Shown one piece after another: positions 1 to 12,820 of a stretch of DNA of 64,000 nucleotides. Each line of letters begins with the position of its first letter. Position 1 is the stretch's first letter. The notes beneath the pieces are model-generated. The model ran no database searches, was not told the origin of the DNA, and saw only the letters and a list, made by a program, of their open reading frames with translations. The position numbers were made by a program, and so were the translations under genes. Source of the DNA: Phyllobates terribilis (taxonomy: Eukaryota); NCBI RefSeq assembly GCF_046119375.1, contig NW_027362772.1, forward strand, positions 267,716,001 to 267,780,000, written 5' to 3'.

Positions 1-2781
1 AAATAAAATTGCGTTTTTTAAATGCATTTTTTAGGATCCCAAAAGAAGGCTATGTGAAGAAAGATGCACAAAAAACACACACAGTTGAATAAAGTCTTTA
101 AAACTCATTGGGCATGAGTTTTTATGAAATTACATCAGTTGTTAAATACAGCAGATTTTCTTTTGAAATCGGAAAAAAAACGCAGCATTTACATTATACG
201 GTATCATGGCCTTAACACCTTAACAACAGCATAGCCATATAGTTGCATATGACAGTGGAAAATATAAGGTAGAAATATAACCACCAAGGTCGGTTAAAGG
301 GTTATTCCGAAACCCAAAAGTACATTTCAATTAATAAATCTTTAAAAACAAATAACTTTTGTAATTTAAGTCATGGTAAAACTCCTTACCGTTCATTCTG
401 TACTGCAACTTAGGGTTCTCTTTGTATTACCCACTTCCTACGACGATTTGTTTGAGAATCTCTAGTGTATTATGGGATACGCAAACATATCATCATCTGA
501 AACTTCTATCACTCCCCTTTCTGCCCTAAAGCGAAGTGTCTTGTGGACTGGGATATCCCAAAGAACATGTTACCCTGAGGGTAAAAGGACCCTATTTAAG
601 GGATGTGCTACAATATAACCTTTATTAATTTGACATAAAAAGTGGTCAATACATTATAAAACTACTATAGTGGACTTGTACTGTTCCAGTATATAAAGGA
701 ATCTCCTAATCTTGGTATCCCTCTTAAGATAGCTACAATTCTTAAGATTTTTCTGTATACATGTATTTTCAAATATAGATCATGGCTGCAGTCCATAGAT
801 CTATGTAGCACTCTCTTAATATATTCGCTTCTTCTTCCAACAAGTTCCACTAGAGATACTGAAAAACACACATATATAGCTCCCCCGACTAGTTTTGCCT
901 ATACAGGCTTCCTCAGGGGGCCAGAGCTAAAACTGGCTACTAAAAATAGGGGGGAGGGGCTGTAAAAATAGTGATGTGGGGTCCCCTCTATTTTTAATAA
1001 AAAGCTAAGGCAAAGCAGACAGCTGGGGGCTGATATTAATAGGCTGGGAAGGTCCATGGATATTAGGACCTTTCCAGCCAAATAAGACCAGCCCTTAGCC
1101 ACCGTAGGTCACTCCCGGTCATGTCTCACTTTCAATGATATCAATGTCATCGTCTGTTAGACATGACTGGAAATGACCTATGGAGCATCATTCTCAGAAT
1201 GAGGCTCCATAGATTGCCATAGGGAATCGCTGGAAGTCGTGGGAACCACAATGAATTATATCGGAGCTGCGGGGATTCTTTTTTAATAATAAATGGGTGA
1301 ACCAGGGAATGTGCCAGGGAGTCTTTATTCAAATAAACTTGTTTTTCCTCTGTGTGTGTCTTTTTATTTTTTAAATATGGGGTTAGTAATGGGAGTGTCT
1401 GATAGATGCCTCTCCATTACTAACCCCTGGACTTGATGCCAGCTGATATTTCACAGCTAACATCAATCCCAAAAACTATTACTCCAATTGCCACTGCACC
1501 AGGATAATCGGGAAGAGCTGATGCTAAGGGCCAGACTTGCCACATCTAATGGATGCTCCACTTCTGAGGCGGCTGAGGGCTGGTCTTATTAGGCTTGGAA
1601 GGGGCTAATATCCATAGACCTTCCCTGCCTGTTCTGCCCAGTGCAGCTCTCTTCCAGCACAGAGTAGTCACAGACCAATTATGCAGGGGATTCTGCGGCT
1701 TCCATTGATATCACATCGACAGAGCAATGACTTCCCTTCCATTCTGCTCTGTTGATGGGTTTTGGCTGGTGACATCATTCTGATTGACAGCTTGCTCCTC
1801 ACTGCCTAACTGTGTGAAGCCTGTTGTCAATCAGTCACACCCTGTCGACAGAGCAGCCCAGAAGAGCTGCTCTGTTGACGTGGAGCAGCAGAATCACCGA
1901 CAGGAGCTGTCAGTGTCAGTTACCGCTCTGAGTGGGCATCGGATGGAGCAGACAGGTAATTGCTAACTTTTTGGGCTCATAGTAAAAAAATAATTTACTC
2001 CTGAACAACCCCTTTAATCTACTTTATTATTAATAACATAAAAGAAATCCACGACAATGTGAGTTCTAGATCTGTCATTGATAAATATATTAGAAATATA
2101 ATATGTAATCTAGCACAGAATATGATTTAGTTAATTGACACAAGCATTTAGTTATCTATGGATCCATGGAAACCAAGCGACACCGCATGAACTCATCCCT
2201 ACAGTAGATAGAAAATTGGGGCCACTTTCTATTCTGTATACTGTACTGCAGATTCCTGCTGTGAATGGACTAATTGTGAAGTGGCTGATGACTCCATTCC
2301 CAAGCATTACCTCGGATTTCATTAAAATCATCCTTCTCCATAGCAATCATCACGTTCTTATTTCCTCTCTTCCGATGAAGCTGTAATTATGGTACATGAA
2401 ATGTGTGAATAGTTGAAGAGAAAACATCATTACCCCGTTTTCTACCAGCCAGAGCCCATTAGCAAAGCAAGAAAAATGTTATGATATGAAGGAAAATGTG
2501 TGAGCCATGACGAAAGATGAGCTACGGAGTTGTAATCTACTCTACTTACTGATCATTATCTTTAAAGCTTATCGAATAGGACTGGAGAAGAAGCTCACAT
2601 AGAAGTGACTTCAGAAGACCTCGTAACTTGGGCAATGAAGAATCTTGGCAATAGATACGTACGTAACCTAGGGTAAAAACAAAATGAGCAAATTCCATGC
2701 TGCAGTAAGTAAATTAATAGCAATAGTTCATGTAGGGGACTTAGTTGACACTATTTTGATCAAAAGAGTCCAAAAGTCATC

Positions 2782-2921
2782 CCACCATGACAAGGTGTAC
2801 CCAATCAGGATGGACCCTAACTCTTGTAGTCCACCTTGCTACATGTCAGTTGACCTAAAAAAAGATGGGGGTGGAACAGGACTCACGGTCCATCCTGATT
2901 GGGTACACCTTGCCATGGTGG
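2782..2921. repeat. Inverted repeat (fold-back), arms ~2782-2816 and ~2887-2921
   Basis: 26-bp perfect inverted core CAAGGTGTACCCAATCAGGATGGACC (2791-2816) / GGTCCATCCTGATTGGGTACACCTTG (2887-2912). Origin not established; resembles Penelope-type relics. Confidence 0.7.
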
Positions 2922-3911
2922 AATGGTTTTTGTCCCCCATTGATCAATACAATGTCATCTAAGTTTTCTACATTTTTTACATTTACTATTACTATTTACT
3001 TACTACTTTGCATTTGCTCATTTTGTTTTTATCATAAGTACTATCTGTTAACTGGCTAAAGTGTGAATGTGCACCTACAAATTACACTTATATTAACATG
3101 TGTTCTGGCTCATGTCGTTGCTTTTGCATCAATCAAGTCATGCCGTTCCCCATCTCGGTCCATGGTATAGTCAGATTGTCAGTAGGAAGATATAATGTGT
3201 AGAAAAATTAACATTCACTCCTTGCAATAAGTACTTTAAAGGGGTTGTTCAGACAAATTAAAAGCAGTTTGGATTACCTTAATTGAGCTTACTATTACAA
3301 ATATATTTCGTGCCATTGTTCACATCGGTCTTGATGAGGAGATGGACTGGAGTCAGATGCTTCTGATTCATGAAGAGGTGTACATTTCTTCAATAATCAG
3401 GAGCTCTGGATGAGTGGTGTGCACCTTTGTGTTTGCCTCACCACAAATCCTACTCCAACCCCTGCGCAGTGAACTCTGCCACTCATCATGGTAGAGCTGG
3501 GCGAAAATGGCATCAGAATGCCAATAGTCATATAATTTTAGTGCAGCCTCCAGTGACACCTAAATTATGTGACTTTCCTAAACTTTTTATGACAGAATAC
3601 TGGAGTCATGTCTTTCTTTACCTTTTCTCTTGGCTTAAAATATCTAGAGATGCGTGATGCAAGATGCCCACTTTGAAAAAAAAATATGATTAAGTGATAT
3701 TCTATCAGGAGATGTCTATACTATGTGACCACCTAATGATTGTGATTAATGATTGTGGTAGGAAGCCTGTTGGGGGGTTTACTAACATGTAATGTAACAC
3801 ATTTTCTTGTCCAAATTCTTGATGAATAATAGTTGTCAACTACAGAACTGCCATATTTTCTAAAGAAAAGAAAAAGGTTTTCCAGCTACTGGAAGAAGGG
3901 TCCATGAGGAT

Positions 3912-4165
3912 TGAGCTCCAGCACTAATGAGAACATTTTAAAACTTAACTTTTACTGTGCAATTAAAAACATGATAAGAAAATGGATAAAAAAGATTAAG
4001 GATCCATAAGCTTACGCGTTTCAGGTTGGCAGCTGTGAATAAGTACCTGAAACGCATAAGCTTATGGATCCTTAATCTTTTTTATTCTTTTGGCTTTTTT
4101 TCAACCTGTTTTGAATTGTACAGTAAAAGTTATCTTTAACATTTTCTCCTTGGTGCAGGAGCTCA
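3912..4165. repeat. Long palindrome, probable Penelope-like element relic
   Basis: 33-bp arms 3994-4026 / 4045-4077 with 1 mismatch, containing GAAACGCGT. Degenerate arms extend out to ~3912 and ~4165. Confidence 0.6.
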
Positions 4166-5771
4166 GTCTTCATGGACTCTTCTTCCATTTTTGACTTGGA
4201 TACCAGCCTGGTGTGTTTCTACACTCTGTGCACCACACCCTGACCAAACAAGGTCTACTAGAATTCCTATGTGAAAACAAGTGGTTTTCACACTGAATTG
4301 TCCTCCCTGGAAGGTGAGATGATTTCCATTGTTCTCTCCTTTTCCAGCTACTGCTTGAAGACATTCCCATTGCCACTACAGTGAGTGACTGTTGTAGAGG
4401 TTACATGTCTCTACAACCAGAGCAGAATGTACAGAAACCAAACCTGACCTGTAAATCCTCTTCCTGTTGTAAAAACAAGTGACCTCTGCATCAAATCACT
4501 GGCAGCAGCGGTAAGAATCTGATTACAGCTGCTGCCAGTGATTGCCTGCAACTTTCACATGCCCATTCCCATTGGATGAGAAAGCCGTAGACTTATGTTG
4601 GACTCTTGACGTGCTGTGGAAGGATTCTCAGATGATCAGTAGATGACCATGGTTTTATTATATTTTAGACCATGCTGCATGCTTAAAAAAATCTAAATTG
4701 CAGAGCCCCTTTAAGCATATATTTTTTCTGGTTGCTCAGATAGTGTCAAAGATCAATACATTTTGGAGCAATGTACAATGTGATTTATAATCTATTTTCC
4801 ACTTTCAAAAACATTTAAATTCAAGGGCTAATTTTTTAGAAGCTAACAAACCTACAAGTATTTTTTCGAAACCCAAAAATATATGTATAGGGTATAATAC
4901 AAAGAAAAATCTGGCTAATTACGTAATTGGCATTTCCAAACATTTGTAGTTACATGTACATTTCTCTATAATGCACTGATTTAGTAAGACTTGTGCCTGA
5001 GAATCATCATTGCCTCTGGATCAACGTGATAGGACCATGAATGAGATGAGAGATTAAATGTAATAGACTGAAAGTTCACAGCAGACACAGTCAATCTCGC
5101 GAAGAGATGAATGACAGCGCCATTATTTATACCCAAGATGGAATGACATACATGAGGTCACAGAGCTGGGATACGTCCTGCCCGTTGCCTTCTATGTTCC
5201 TCGTAAAGAAAGGTGCTTGTAAATATTGCTCTTTTATATCAAGCGGTGTAAGTGAAGCCGCATTACCCCCGAGCCGATCAGCTGACAACCGCATTGTTCA
5301 CAATTTTACTGCTAATGAGCAGTTGCCACCAAATGTCACTGATGTGTAAGAAAAGCTAATGAGACTGATGCCAGGAAAAAACAGATGAGATTCTGAAAAA
5401 AAGTGAGGAAAAAAACTGAAAGTTACAAAGTAAACTCCAGAAGATGGTAAATATGTTCTTAAGGTGTAGAAATGTTCTGACAACCAGCAGAGCCAAGGAC
5501 AAGCTTTAAAAGGGTGGTCTACTGGTGGCCGAAAACCCTTCTATGAGCTGTTTATAAAAGAACTGTAAAGAAGTTCTGCCACTTCCCTTGATAAGTGGGT
5601 TTAGTCAGTACTTGTATAACTGTATGTTGTTCTATTCCTCTATCATTTGTCCTAGGAATATATATATTACTCCCTTCTCAATTTTCGTTTTCACACTTTC
5701 TCACTTTTTCACACTTATTTTTTTTATCCATCCATTGACATATGCTTATGAGGGCTTGCTTTTTGCAAAGC

Positions 5772-6334
5772 TGTCACATCTCCACCAGGAACTGCTTCTG
5801 TGACGTCTTCTTCTGTCACAGGTGGCACGGTATTTATTCTGAAGGTGGCGCTGGTGATAGAAGAGACATTGGAACTGGAGGCTCTGGATAGCGTAGGCTT
5901 TGTCCAGCCATTTAGATTGGGTGACTTGGACCAGCAGAGCCTTCAGACAGCATGGGTGTGTGTGTTGTCCAGCTGGAGTTATCAGCTCCGTTCACCAGCC
6001 AATTGTAGAGCACCACACTCTCTTTAACCTTCTCCTTGTTATGTTTGCTCCTTGTTTTGACCTCGGTTTGTGTTTCTGACTATTCTTATGGATCCTGATT
6101 TTGTCCTTGATGTGACTTCTTGGTTTTGGCCCTGCTTGGCAAATGTTCCTGCCTCTGGTTTGTATTTCGGGACGACAGCCCTTCTGTATTTAGCAATCCT
6201 GCTGTAAGTCCAGATCCTTGTATAGGAGTTAAAGGGTGTTGAGGTTTCCCTGGAATATGCCAAACAGAGTGGCTTGTGCCAAGTCTGTAGGAGGTAGCCT
6301 TTTTTGAAGCCTGTGGCCTCAGACAGACGTAACA
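5772..6334. mobile_element. Solo LTR (563 bp)
   Basis: Termini TGTCAC...GTAACA; 5-bp direct repeat AAAGC at 5767-5771 and 6335-6339. Confidence 0.7.
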
Positions 6335-7245
6335 AAAGCAAGATGTAGTTTTGCATGACACCATTCATTTTACCATATAATGTAATAAAAAATATTTAAA
6401 AAAATTCCAGAGGGTGAAATGGTGACAATTCCTCCATTGTTTTCATGGGTTTCATTTTTACAGTTTTTCTTGTCTGGTAAAAAAAAATATTTTCCAGGTC
6501 AGAAGATTTCAGTGATAATAAATGTTAAAATTGTTTTCACAATATTTAAAAAAAAAAAAAACATAGTTTGGTTTGTGTCACCATTTTCTGCGACCCCCAA
6601 ATTCTTTTATTTCTCCATCTATTGAGTTAAGTTAAGGTTTGTTATTGTGCATTTATGGCGTTTACCGTACAGGTTAAATGATTTTAGATTTTAATAAATT
6701 TGACTTTTGAGGACAAGGTAATACTAAATGCTTAGTTTTTTTATTTTTGTAAGTCTTTATTATTTTATTGAGGGAAAATGGGATGATTCTCGTACACGCG
6801 GCACTTGAACTGCTTTGTAGGAAATCTTCACTGGTGCCCATGCAAATATTTTAAGGCCATGCCCTCTTGAAAATGCCACTTGAGTTTTAGGATTCCACTG
6901 AATAATGACAATGCTTAGGCTAGTGGCGAGCGCTCCTCCCATCAGCCTAAGACGTTTTTAATTAGAGATGGATCCTACCTGCCCTTAAAATTGTAGGCTT
7001 TTAGCCTGGGAGAGGCATCATATTAGGTTAGGTTCCTAACAAAGGGGCCCATCCTGTCATTGGCTGTTGGGCTCTCAAGAATTGGCCAATTTGTACGCTA
7101 AGTATCTTCCTTTTTAACGTATTTTCTATAGCAGTAATGAAGTTCTAATTTCCTATGCTCAATGTTTGAATATGATAGCATTTCAGAGTGCAACTGTTTT
7201 TTCTTAGCTTTATTGACTTGGTCTCAGCTTGCGCTTGTTCACACT

Positions 7246-8136
7246 TAGAATCATAGAATCATAGAATGGTAGAGTTGGAAGGGACCTTCTGGGTCATCTG
7301 GTCCAACCCCCTGCTCAAAGCAGGATTCATTAGATCATCTCAGACAGATGTCTGTCCAGCCTCTGTTTGAAGACGTCCATTGAAGGGGAACTCACCACCT
7401 CTCGTGGCAGCCTGTTCCACTCATTAATCACCCTAACTGTCAAAAAGTTTTTTCTAATATCTAATCTGTGTCTCCTCCCATTTAGTTTCATCCCATTGCT
7501 TCTAGTCTTTCCTTGTGCAAATGAGAATAAAGATGATCCTTCTACAATGTGACAGCCCTTGACATATTTGTAGACAGCTATTAAGTCTCCTCTCAGTCTT
7601 CTTTTTTGCAAGCTAAACATTCCCAAATCCTACAACCGTTCCTCATAGGACATGGTTTGCAGACCAGTCACCATTCTGGTCGCTCTTCTCTGAACTTGCT
7701 CCAGTTTGTCTATGTCTTTTTTAAAATGTGGTGCCCAAAACTGTACACAGTATTCCAGATGAGGTCTAACCAAAGAGGAGTAAAGACCGATAATGACTTC
7801 ACGTGATCTAGACTGTATGCTTCTGTTAATACATCCCAGAATTGTATTTGCCTTTTTTGCTGCTGCATCACACTGTTGACTCATGTTCAGTCTATGATCT
7901 ATTAGTATACCTAAGTCTTTTTCACATGTACTGTTGCTTAGCTCTATTCCTCCCATTCTGTATATGCTTTTTTCATTTTTATTGCCCAGATGTAGTACTT
8001 TGCATTTTTCCCTGTTAAAAACCATTCTGTTGGTTGCTGCCCACTGCTCCAGTTTATTTAGGTCTTTTTGAATCCTCTCTCTCTCTTCTCTAGTATTAGC
8101 TATCCCTCCTAGCTTTGTGTCATCAGCAAATTTAAT
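7246..8136 (-). mobile_element. CR1 LINE, 5'-truncated 3' end (RT C-terminus plus 3' UTR)
   Basis: Minus-strand peptides IKFADDTKLG, FNREKCKVLHLG, CEKDLG, LYSSLVRPHLEYCVQFWAP, LQKRRLRGDLI; CR1-type (ATTCTATG)n tail at 7246-7267. Confidence 0.95.
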
Positions 8137-8849
8137 TGTCTTGTTCTTTTTGGAGGTGCTGGTCAGTCTATTTGTAGAACAACATTCATGCTGTCAGATC
8201 ATGGATATAGTTAAACTCAATGGAAAAACAGAGTGGTATATTCATTCTAGATGGGCATAGGTCACTTTAGGTCTACTTATTACAAGGCTAGGGTCATTCA
8301 ACCGTATTTTCTCTCATCTGAGAAAATCGGTCTGATTCTGCTAATCACTAGTGTTGAGCCACCCCCGTAGTGTTCGAGTTCGGTTCGTCGAACACCCGTG
8401 TGTTCGCCGAACTGTTCGTCGAACTGTTCGTCGAACACCTTCGAACACCGTTAAAACCAATGGCAGGCAAACAAAAACACATAGAAACACATAGAAAACA
8501 CCTTCAAAGGTGTCCAAAAGCTGACAAACTGCTCAGAAGACATAACTAACACATGGAAAAGTGACAAGTACATATAGTCATGCGAAAATAAAAGAGGTGG
8601 AGGAGTAAAAGGAGGGGGAGACACAGATATAGGCATGTCATGCCCTTCTAAAATCCAAAAAGTGAGAAGCCGACACGGCCAGTCCGCTCCTGCCCGTGCC
8701 ACCTCCGTATCGCCGGGTTTGTGTCAGAGCCGCGGTGAACCCTGATGGCCAGCCCCCCTCTCCCAATACTGGTGCCTGTCCGCTGGTGGGTCGAGCGAGC
8801 CCCCCTGTGGTGGAGGCAGCTCTAAGCTTTTTAATTTAAATTGTCTCTC

Positions 8850-9150
8850 TAATTTGAATGAATACACTTTAAATCCATTTACAAGGATCTATTGGAGGGC
8901 AAGTCTCATGCCAGCAGCCGCGTAATTCCAGCTCCAGTAGTGTCCACTAAAGCTGCTGCAGTTAAAAAGCTTTTATAAGGATCGAGCTCGGCTGTCCACC
9001 GCAAGGCATCCTACTGCCAGTCCCAGCCCCTATGCCTTGGGGTGCCTCCTGATGCTCTTCACTGAGTATCCCGTGGTCCCAAAGCATTTCCTTTGAAAAA
9101 ATGAAGTGTCCAAACTACAGGTGGTGTAGCTTGCTTAACAGCCGGGATAA
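8850..9150 (+). pseudogene. 18S rRNA gene fragment (decayed), cargo of A1
   Basis: ATTGGAGGGCAAGTCT..TGCCAGCAGCCGCG-TAATTCCAGCTCCA...GCTGCAGTTAAAAAGCT...GATGCTCTT..CTGAGT...CTTTGAAAAAAT..AGTGT matches the conserved vertebrate 18S segment around helix 18 and V4. Confidence 0.9.
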
Positions 9151-9227
9151 TCCGCTGACTAGCAGACCCTGCTACTAGGCACAAAGTATTTCCTGGGCTA
9201 GATGCAGTTAAAAATTTGTAATTAGAT

Positions 9228-11051
9228 ACTCTCGTTGGATGCTGAGAAAGCATTCCATAGAGTCTCCTGGCACGCCATAAATGATTCTCTTAAAAAGCTT
9301 GGGGTAGGGCTCTAGGGGACCCTTTTATAGCCAAAATCACGGCCCTGTATCGCAATACGTCACCTAGGCTGAAGATAAATGGAACTGTAGCACCCTGAGG
9401 GCTCGGTTGCTACAGAGGTATTGCACCTCACCCAGAGGTGTGATATCTCACTCTCAGGTAAGGATGTAGTGTGGATCAGGACCCGACACCTGCATGCATT
9501 ACACCACATTGCCGTGGGGCAGGGCGACCAATATGCCCCTGAGATGGGCACGACAGTCCCTGTCCCTGGCTGGAGTGGGGGGAGGGAACACTGAGGAAGG
9601 GGAACCCTGTAGTGCAGGAGCAGGGAGGAAGCAGTTCCTGGGTGCATTGAGAAGGGAGTATAAAAGGTGGGCACCATCTTAGTTCAGTGCAGAGAAGTCT
9701 GAGCAGAAGTGGCAGGTAGCAGTGGCTCTGCATGAGCTCTGCTCCGGAGGCGGGCCTAGTAACAGAGGCCCAGGCCTGGAAGAGGGAGAAGAAAGGAAGA
9801 GGAGCGGAGAAGGCTCCAGGAACGAGGAACGAAGGGATCTCAGGGGTGCGGACGGGCGAGTCGCCACCGCACGCCAGAATCCACCTGCGTGGAGGGGTCA
9901 GGCCAAAGGGGGAGACCGGTCCCCGAAACTAGTGGAGGCAGGAAACGACCCTCAGCTAGAAACAGGAGGCTGTGACATTTTATGTGGCGCAGCCCCTCGC
10001 TACACCCGCTAGGAAGGCACCACATAGGGTCAGGGAAACTGGCGCCAAGTTTACCAAGAGGAGGCCCGAGGCAGCCGGACAGAAGGGTTGGTAAGAAAGG
10101 CCAGACAAAGGACACACAAAGGGGGTCCTGTGAAGCGCTCCAAAGTTATCTGGGAGTTGTCTGAGCCCCTCACCTGGTGAGCACAGTACGACGTGGGCAG
10201 CCGTTACCTGCAGACGTGGTCTGGATAATAAGAACTGTGAGTAAAGGCCCTGGACTGCATCACTGACTCCGTGTCATTACTGCTGCTGCCCTGCACCATC
10301 ACCCCCATCCTCCGCATACACTGCCCTGAGGCTATACTCCTCCCGTGGGGAGTTATGCTACGCTCTGCTGCACCCACAACACCAGCCTCAGCAGTCTGCC
10401 CTGGAGCGGCGGTTCACTCTGACCGCAATCCACGGGTGGCGTAGTCGGACATTTAAACATCAAAACCACATAAATAGTTCCGCCACTGGTTTGACCGCCC
10501 TGAGCCACGGAACCGGGTTGCCGCCACGGAGACTACAACCACCAGCATCCACCAAAAAGGGTCCGGCTCCGGGTGTCCCAAGGCCCAGGGGGCGCGTCAG
10601 AACATTTTCATCACCTTTCACAATCACCAATGGGACAAGGCAGGGATGTTCTCTGTCCCTTCTCTTATACATCCTAGTGACGGAGCACCTGCTCTCATCA
10701 ATTCGCCATAACCCCAATATTAGGTGGATTGAGGTGGGAGGCACCGAGTACAAGTGCTCTCTATTTGCTGATGATGTCCAAGTATATATCACTCAATCAC
10801 ATATATCCATCCATGCTGTTATGGCTGAAATAGATCACTTTGTTACATGGTCAAATTTTAAAATCAATGCAGCGAAGTCTGAGGCCCTCGATGTCTCCCT
10901 CCCCAAATCCATATAGGATTCCATCCAGTCCAACTTTCCCTTTGCCTGGCCCTCACAGGGTATCAAATACTTAGGAATTCCTATTCATAGAGACCTCTCC
11001 CATCTATGTTATCTTAATTTTGGGCCCTTTATTGAACAACTCCATACAGAC
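9228..11051 (+). mobile_element. L1-clade ORF2 reverse-transcriptase fragment split by a solo LTR (cargo of A1)
   Basis: LSLDAEKAFHRVSW...LGDPFIAKITALYRNTSPRLKING | solo LTR | TFSSPFTITNGTRQGC...LFADD...GIKYLGI. The frame is continuous once the LTR and one TSD are removed. Confidence 0.9.
9386..10599 (-). mobile_element. Solo LTR (1214 bp) inside the L1 fragment of A1
   Basis: Minus-strand termini TGACGCGCCCCC...GGGTGCTACA; 4-bp TSD GAAC (9382-9385, 10600-10603). Confidence 0.85.
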
Positions 11052-11121
11052 CACGGTTGGCAAGTTAGAACTGTAAGATTCACTACGTGAACCACTGGTG
11101 TTTTGTGGAAAAGCACATGTA

Positions 11122-12495
11122 CACTGTGTTCCAAATTATTATGCAAAAAGTGTTTAGGAGTGATAAGGGAAGAATTTGTTTGTTTGTCAGTTAAACTCAT
11201 TGATGGTGATGTGTGTCAGGGCTCTTTATATCACTGTAAGCAATTGCAGACACCAGTGCTAATTAGTTTGGCAGGTGTGTCCAATGAAAGGCAAGACTAC
11301 TTAAGAAGGCTCTCTCACATTATTCAGCAGCCTACATTTTCTGCCAAAATGGGAAAGAAAAAGGATGTGTCGGCTGCTGAGAAGCAACAAATTGTGGAGT
11401 GTTTAGGTCAAGGCATGACTACAATCAACATTGTGCGATGATCAGGATGAAGTGTCTTGGCAATCAAGAAGTATGTAGCTGATTCACAGTACACACGTGT
11501 GCGTGCTGATAAGGGCAAATTGAGGACTCTTTCCTACAGGCAATTACGTCAGGTTGAAAGAGCAGCGGCAAAAAAGCCTTGTCATAGCAGCAGACAAGTT
11601 TTTGAAGCTGCTTGTGCCTCCAACGTCCCCCGAACAACAAGATGCAGGGTCCTTCAGAGGTTTGCAGCTGTGCATACGCCATCCTGTCGACCTCCTCTAT
11701 CCACTTCACACAAGCAGAAACGGCTCCAGTGGGCCAAACATTACATGAAGACTGATTTCAAAACTGTTTTGTTCACGGATGAGTGCCGTGCAGCGCTCGA
11801 TGGTCCAGATGGATGGAGTGGAGGATGGCTGGTTGATGGACACCCCACGCAAACACGGCTACAGCGCCAACAAGGAGGAGGTGGAGTAATGTTTTGGGCT
11901 GGAATCATGGGGAGAGAGATTGTCGGCCCCTTTAGGATCCCTGAAGGCGCTAAAGATGAACTCCATAATGTATTTGGATTTTCTCAAACAGCACTTCCTG
12001 CCATGGTTCAAGAAGAAGAACCGTGTATTTCACAGCAAGATCATTTTTCTGCATGATAATGCACCATCTCATGCTGCACATAAAACATCTGCATCTCTGG
12101 CTGATATGGGCATAAAAGGGGACAAACTTATGGTGTGACCCCCATGCTCCCCTGACCTCTACCCCATTCAGAACCTTTGGAGCATCATTAAAAGGAGTGT
12201 CTATGATGGCAGGAGGCAGTTCACATCTAAGCAACAGCTCTGGGAGGGTATTCTGTCCTCATGCAAAACAATTGAAACAGAAACCATCCAAAACCTGACA
12301 AATTCAATGGACGAGAGAGTTCAGAAGCTCCTTTCGAACAAGGGGTCCTATGTGAAAATGTAACATCACCTAGAAAAAAGTTTTGAGTTGAAAACTGTTT
12401 GATTTCAGTTTCTAACAACCTGCTAATGCTTATAATTTCAAAAATGACCATTTTTTTGGTCTTTATTAAAATGAAAAGGTTGATCGAAAAGTTTG
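11122..12495 (+). mobile_element. Tc1-type transposon, frameshifted, right TIR missing (cargo of A1)
   Basis: TA|CACTGTGTTCCAAATTATTATGCA left end. Transposase MGKKKD (11349), LFTDEC, GGGGVMFWAGI, FLHDNAPSH, SPDLYPIQNLW (catalytic E replaced by Q), stop ~12363. Confidence 0.9.
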
Positions 12496-12820
12496 GGGGA
12501 TCTAAGAGTGTGGCAACCCAGTAGCCATGATTACTTCGAATTCTGACAATATGAGGGTCATGCTGCAGGTAGTGCAGCAAGAAGGCACTTATGTGTCTTG
12601 CGCATCTCGGAGCCCCAAAATTATTTTCCGGGCTAGATGCAGCTAAAAATTATTTTGAATTTTAAATCTGGTGGAGCTTATTATAGATGGCCTAATAGGA
12701 TCAGTGCTGCACACTGCTACAAAGCCCAAATTATTTTCCAGTCAAGATACAGATAAACATGATTAGTAATTTGAAAGCTTAAAACGGTTGGTAGGGTGAT
12801 TTTAAACAATCATCAAGCTT

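Noticed and set aside
3368-3559. ORF with an AG acceptor resembling a host exon (SLEAALKLYDYW...)
   Set aside because: Overlaps a MITE-family motif (CACCTCTTCATGAATCAGAAGCATCTGACTCCA) also seen at ~36068, and the frame stops before a donor site.
5085-5349. 80-aa ORF with three N-glycosylation sequons as a possible exon
   Set aside because: No recognisable domain and no consistent splice-site pair; insufficient support.
8850-9150. Functional rDNA locus or bacterial contamination
   Set aside because: Only ~300 bp, mutated in universally conserved positions, eukaryotic 18S-type, and embedded within a TSD-bounded transposon.
9360-10164. Cluster of overlapping 60-105-aa ORFs (mirrored at 57500-58312; similar clusters at 26178-27122 and 61798-62865)
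   Set aside because: Chance ORFs in GC-rich LTR or tandem-repeat sequence with no domain motifs.
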